A stretch of 64,000 nt of DNA from NCBI GenBank assembly GCA_963845535.1, contig CAWJSK010000012.1, forward strand, positions 64,001 to 128,000, in the 5' to 3' direction. The position numbers and the translations under genes are program-made. How positions within the stretch are numbered: the stretch's first letter is position 1; every line of letters begins with the position of its first letter. Of this stretch, positions 59,795-64,000 are shown one piece after another. The stretch comes from an uncultured Spirochaetota bacterium (lineage in GTDB: Bacteria > Spirochaetota > Spirochaetia > SZUA-6 > Fen-1364). A model generated the notes under the pieces. The model made no database searches. It was not told the DNA's origin and saw only the letters and a list, made by a program, of their open reading frames with translations.

Positions 59795-61780
59795 ATGCCA
59801 TTCAGTGAAAATCACAGACGTTACTTGCTTGCCAAGTTCATCCACATAGACAAGCAGCTCGCGTCGGCCACGGCAAATCTGAGCCCGCTGAATGATGACC
59901 TGCTGTTTCCTCCTTGCCTGCCTGATGCCACGCCCACCCAGCGGAAGGTCATCGCTGACTACGTGGCCTCCTTCCGCGGTATCGCGCGGCAATTTCTCGA
60001 ATCGGGAGGAATCGCCTTGGAAAGCCCAACAATGGGAAGCCTCAGGTCATTCCGTCTGGCCCTCGACGCCGTTTGGATCGCGCTCGCGGAAATGGAGCCC
60101 AAACGCCTCGCCGCCTACGGCCCCCTGGATGCGGATGCCGCCGAGGAGACCAGGCGAGCGCAGGTGAAATTGCTATCCATCCTGCGCCAACTCTCGGAGC
60201 AGGTGGAAAAGAGCCTCGACAGCGACGTGGCGCACGTTTTCCCCATGATTTTCTGCAGCGTGCTTACCAGAAAAACCGATGGCAGCATCACACAAGAAAA
60301 CACCGAGGCGCCACAGTTCTTCATTGATCTGAACCTGGATCAGATTGTAGAGGCAATTACTGCCACAAAGCAGGAATACAACCTGAAGCCGTATTATTAC
60401 GCCCCGCTCCATGACGTTGATGCAATTCTGTACCGCCAGGAAATAATGCAGGACATCGAGAACAAGCCCCTCTTTGAGAAGATAGAGTCGTTTGCGCAGA
60501 AGATGCGGACCATGCGCCAGCATTTTGCCCAGGCAGACAAGCTGCATTACAAGTACCAAAAAGAAAAATGGTTCCTGGACGCGGTTGAGATTTACTGCGA
60601 AGCCGTATGGTGCCTGACGCGCGACCTGTCCCTCCTCGAGCTCAAATCCCGCGGGCTCCTGGCCTTCCGCGAGTACGTAGCTGGATATGTGTCGTCAGAA
60701 GCCTTTCGCTCCCTCCAGGCGCAGATAAAAAAGCTTCAGACCGACCTGTCTTCAGTGCGCTACAGCGTTCAGGTGAGGGGCAACCACGTGAGAGTTCGCG
60801 CCTACGAATCTGAAATGGATTACAGCGCCGACGTGGAAAAAACATTTGAGAAGTTCAAACAGGGCGCAGGAAAAGATTACCTGGCCAAGTTCCGAGACGG
60901 AAATGACATGAATCACATAGAGGCGCAAGTTTTGGACTTGGTGGCCCGGTTACATCCGGAGATATTTCAGGACCTCAGCGATTTTGGAGTACGGAACGCC
61001 GGCCACCTGGATGAAACGATCGCCGTTTTTGACCGGGAAGTGCAATTCTACATGGCGTACTTGGAAATCATGGCAGGCTTGAAGCACAGAGGACTGCAAT
61101 TCTGCTATCCCGGCGTTTCCGACACGCGCAAAGAAGTCGAAAGCGTTGAATGCTTCGACTTGGCCCTGGCACGCAAGCTTGCCGCCGAAGATTCCTCCCC
61201 GGTTTGCAACGACTTTTCCTTGAGCGGTAAAGAGCGGGTTTTCGTTGTGTCGGGTCCGAATCAAGGCGGTAAGACGACGTTCGCGCGCACCTACGGGCAG
61301 ATGCACTACCTTGCAAGCCTTGGGTGCGCTGTCCAAGGCCGGGAAGCGCGACTTTTCCTTTTTGACCGGCTATTCACCCATTTTGAGAAGGAAGAAGACA
61401 TCCGGAATCTGAGGGGAAAGCTCGAAGATGACCTTGTCCGGATTCACCAGATCCTTGCCCAGGCCACTTCGAACAGCATCATCATCATGAATGAGATCTT
61501 CAATTCCACGACCCTCAAAGACGCCGTCTTCCTCGGTAGGAAGGTGATGGAGAGAATACTCCAGCAGGATTCGTTGTGCGTTTGCGTGACGTTCCTTGAC
61601 GAGCTTTCCACGATGAACGAAAAAACGGTCAGCATGGTCAGCGCCGTCGACCCCGAAAACCCGGCAGTTCGGACATACAAAGTCGTGCGCAAGCGCGCGG
61701 ACGGGCTGGCATACGCGATATCACTCGCAGAAAAATACCGGCTGACCTACGATTTCCTGAGGGAACGAATACCGTCATGA
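59795..61780 (+). CDS. MutS-related ATPase (domain V, no mismatch-binding domain) with ~150-aa N-terminal extension
   Basis: GPNQGGKT, THFEKEE, GKLEDDL, MNEIFNSTT; GGAGG RBS before ATG 59795. Confidence 0.85.
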   Translation: MPFSENHRRYLLAKFIHIDKQLASATANLSPLNDDLLFPPCLPDATPTQRKVIADYVASFRGIARQFLESGGIALESPTMGSLRSFRLALDAVWIALAEMEPKRLAAYGPLDADAAEETRRAQVKLLSILRQLSEQVEKSLDSDVAHVFPMIFCSVLTRKTDGSITQENTEAPQFFIDLNLDQIVEAITATKQEYNLKPYYYAPLHDVDAILYRQEIMQDIENKPLFEKIESFAQKMRTMRQHFAQADKLHYKYQKEKWFLDAVEIYCEAVWCLTRDLSLLELKSRGLLAFREYVAGYVSSEAFRSLQAQIKKLQTDLSSVRYSVQVRGNHVRVRAYESEMDYSADVEKTFEKFKQGAGKDYLAKFRDGNDMNHIEAQVLDLVARLHPEIFQDLSDFGVRNAGHLDETIAVFDREVQFYMAYLEIMAGLKHRGLQFCYPGVSDTRKEVESVECFDLALARKLAAEDSSPVCNDFSLSGKERVFVVSGPNQGGKTTFARTYGQMHYLASLGCAVQGREARLFLFDRLFTHFEKEEDIRNLRGKLEDDLVRIHQILAQATSNSIIIMNEIFNSTTLKDAVFLGRKVMERILQQDSLCVCVTFLDELSTMNEKTVSMVSAVDPENPAVRTYKVVRKRADGLAYAISLAEKYRLTYDFLRERIPS

Positions 61781-63273
61781 AAGCTTTTCTCCTGTACAAG
61801 GATCAGGACTTTGACCTTCAGCGGAAACTGCCATCCAATGAGCTGGCCCTGACGCAGGACTTGGAGCTGGAAACGCTGTTCAACGCCATGTCACGCGGCG
61901 CCAAGGATCTCCGTGAGGTGGCAAGGAAGGTTGTCCTTTCACCTCTCAAAGATTTGGATTCCATTCGCTATCGCCAGGATGTCCTGAGGGATTGCCTGAA
62001 AAATCCTGGTATTGTCCGCGAGATGTATGAGCTGGCGGTGGAATCTATCGAAAAGGAGAAGAAGTTTTACCTGGGGATCTTCAGCAACCTTCCCTCCACG
62101 ATTTTGCACAGGTCTGTGGATGTCCTTCAAATGTTCGTCGGTCAGCTGAAGAGGCTGCGGAGTATCGCGGACGAGCACGCCGCCGCGTTTACCTCAGAAG
62201 GGTTCACCCGGCTTTTCGCCATGCTCAAGGCAGAGCTTGACGAAGAGTATTTCACCGCCATCCAGGCTCACCTCAAGACGCTGGCTTTCCGAGATGGCGT
62301 GCTGATAAGCGCTGAGCTGGGGAAGGGAAACAAGGGCAGCACGTACGTGCTTCGCAAGCCGCACGATAAGCGGAGCTTGATGAAGCGGATCTTCGCCAGG
62401 GGGTCTCCTTCCTATTCGTTCTCCATAAGCGACAGAGATGAAAATGGGGCAAAGGCCCTGGCGGAGCTCCGTGACCGAGGGATCAATCTTGTGGCAAACG
62501 CTCTGGCGCAGTCCACGGACCATATCGTCAGCTTCTTTGCCATGATGAGAGCTGAGCTTGCCTTCTCTGTCGGATGCCTGAATCTGTTTGACCGTCTCGA
62601 AAGGAAGGGCGAATCCGTGTGCTTTCCTGAGCCTTTCCCGCCCGATGAACACAGGCTGTCCTTTCGGAGCTTGTATGATGTCTGCTTGACGTTGACCACG
62701 GACCAGAGAGTCGTCGGCAACGACGCTGACGCAGACGGGCAAAATCTCATGATAATCACCGGGGCAAACCAGGGTGGCAAATCAACTCTGCTGCGAGGGA
62801 TCGGGCTCGCCCAGCTCATGATGCAGTGCGGCATGTTCGTGCCTGCGCAGTCCTTCAGCTCCAGTGTCTGCAGCGCCATTTTCACGCATTACAAGCGGGA
62901 AGAAGATGCCACGATGAGAAGCGGCAAGCTGGACGAAGAGCTGAAACGCATGAGCGAGATTGTGGACAGCCTGACCCCCCATTCCGTTCTCTTCTTCAAT
63001 GAATCATTCGCCGCAACGAACGAAAGAGAGGGCTCGGAGATCGCGCGGCAGATAGTCCGTGCGTTATCGGAAAAGAAAGTCAAGGTTTTCTACGTTACCC
63101 ATCTTCACGATTTTGCGCACAGCTTCTACGACATGAAAATGGAAGATGCTATCTTCCTTCGAGCTGAGAGAAAAGAAAATGGGGCTCGCACTTTCAAGTT
63201 ATTCGAAGGCGAACCCCTGGAGACGAGCTTTGGTGAGGATCTCTACAGGAAGATCTTTGAAAACGAGAACTGA
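61777..63273 (+). CDS. MutS-related ATPase, second of a tandem pair
   Basis: GANQGGKS, THYKREED, GKLDEEL, FNESFAATN, VTH; ATGA overlap. Confidence 0.88.
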   Translation: MKAFLLYKDQDFDLQRKLPSNELALTQDLELETLFNAMSRGAKDLREVARKVVLSPLKDLDSIRYRQDVLRDCLKNPGIVREMYELAVESIEKEKKFYLGIFSNLPSTILHRSVDVLQMFVGQLKRLRSIADEHAAAFTSEGFTRLFAMLKAELDEEYFTAIQAHLKTLAFRDGVLISAELGKGNKGSTYVLRKPHDKRSLMKRIFARGSPSYSFSISDRDENGAKALAELRDRGINLVANALAQSTDHIVSFFAMMRAELAFSVGCLNLFDRLERKGESVCFPEPFPPDEHRLSFRSLYDVCLTLTTDQRVVGNDADADGQNLMIITGANQGGKSTLLRGIGLAQLMMQCGMFVPAQSFSSSVCSAIFTHYKREEDATMRSGKLDEELKRMSEIVDSLTPHSVLFFNESFAATNEREGSEIARQIVRALSEKKVKVFYVTHLHDFAHSFYDMKMEDAIFLRAERKENGARTFKLFEGEPLETSFGEDLYRKIFENEN

Positions 63274-63294
63274 CGCGAATGCGCGGCAGTCTTT

Positions 63295-64000
63295 TCAGCC
63301 GGCCGCGTTCTTGAATGCGGCCTTTCCCGCGAACCTCGCCTGAGATCCAAGCTCGTCCTCGATCCTGATGAGCTGATTGTACTTGGCAATCCGCTCACTC
63401 CTGCATCCAGATCCTGTCTTGAGATGCCCCGCGCCCGTCGCTACCGTCAGATCAGCTATCGTGGTGTCCTCCGTCTCCCCTGAACGGTGGGAAACGAAAC
63501 AGTTGTAGCCGTGTGAGCCGGCCAGCTCCATGGTCTTCAGCGTCTCACTCAAGGTCCCGATCTGATTCAGCTTGATGAGGACGGAGTTCGCCACGCCCTG
63601 CTCGATTCCCTTGGCAACGATCTGGGGATTCGTGCAGAAGATGTCATCTCCGACTAGCTCGATCCGGTTTCCAAGCTCCTTTGTGAGCGCCTGCCATCCC
63701 GGCCAGTCGTTCTCCGCCATTCCGTCTTCCAGGAGAATGATGGGGTACTGCTTCACCCAGTCAGCCCAGTGCCGAACCATCTGCTCGGGCGTCTTGGAAT
63801 CCGTATGGGACTTGAAGAAGACGTATTTGCCGTCCTCCCACATCTCGCTCGCGGCCGGATCCAGGCAGAGGGAAATGTCAACTCCAGGCTTGAACCCGGC
63901 TTTCGTGATTGCCTCGAGTATCAGCTCCACTGCCTCCCCATTTGACTTGAGGTTCGGCGCAAAGCCCCCTTCGTCTCCCACCGCGGTGATGTACCCCTTT
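63295..64000 (-). CDS. eno: enolase, 5' part outside the window
   Basis: [36 protein letters not shown]. Confidence 0.95.
   Translation of the reverse strand, partial: KGYITAVGDEGGFAPNLKSNGEAVELILEAITKAGFKPGVDISLCLDPAASEMWEDGKYVFFKSHTDSKTPEQMVRHWADWVKQYPIILLEDGMAENDWPGWQALTKELGNRIELVGDDIFCTNPQIVAKGIEQGVANSVLIKLNQIGTLSETLKTMELAGSHGYNCFVSHRSGETEDTTIADLTVATGAGHLKTGSGCRSERIAKYNQLIRIEDELGSQARFAGKAAFKNAAG

Noticed and set aside
1..64000. CRISPR array, rRNA, tRNA, prophage or integrase
   Set aside because: None seen by eye; intergenic gaps are short. A covariance-model scan was not possible.

Overview
This is GC-rich bacterial DNA, possibly Spirochaetia: the LFAGGQKE-type signal peptide on the binding protein at 53357 suggests this, but it is inference only. 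The window is mostly carbohydrate catabolism. It holds a glycerol locus (glpF-glpK-glpD plus the tail of a flavoprotein/DUF1667 cluster), a GntR-OYE-sugar ABC-epimerase-GH4 operon, a transaldolase, and a deoC/Gfo/epimerase/SDR/M24 operon with a perfect 32-bp operator. It also holds a DUF5107-TPR gene divergent from a family-5 ABC system with AraC, and a YesM/YesN-type three-component GH36 locus. An accessory segment (about 34.5-48.4 kb) carries a lipoprotein, an AEP primase-SF2 helicase fusion, decayed oxidoreductase genes, an IS630 that splits a flavodoxin-family gene, and an ECF sigma/anti-sigma module whose promoter motif can be read at three sites. The best candidate for an undescribed system is at 58.6-64 kb, where two fluoride (crcB-class) riboswitches, each with its own sigma70 promoter, control separate units. 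One unit is a small TPR protein plus a histidine phosphatase/phosphoglycerate mutase. The other is a tandem pair of MutS-like ATPases without a mismatch-binding domain, the first carrying an extra ~150-aa helical N-terminal domain. A convergent enolase follows. All calls come from reading the sequence by eye; no database searches were run.
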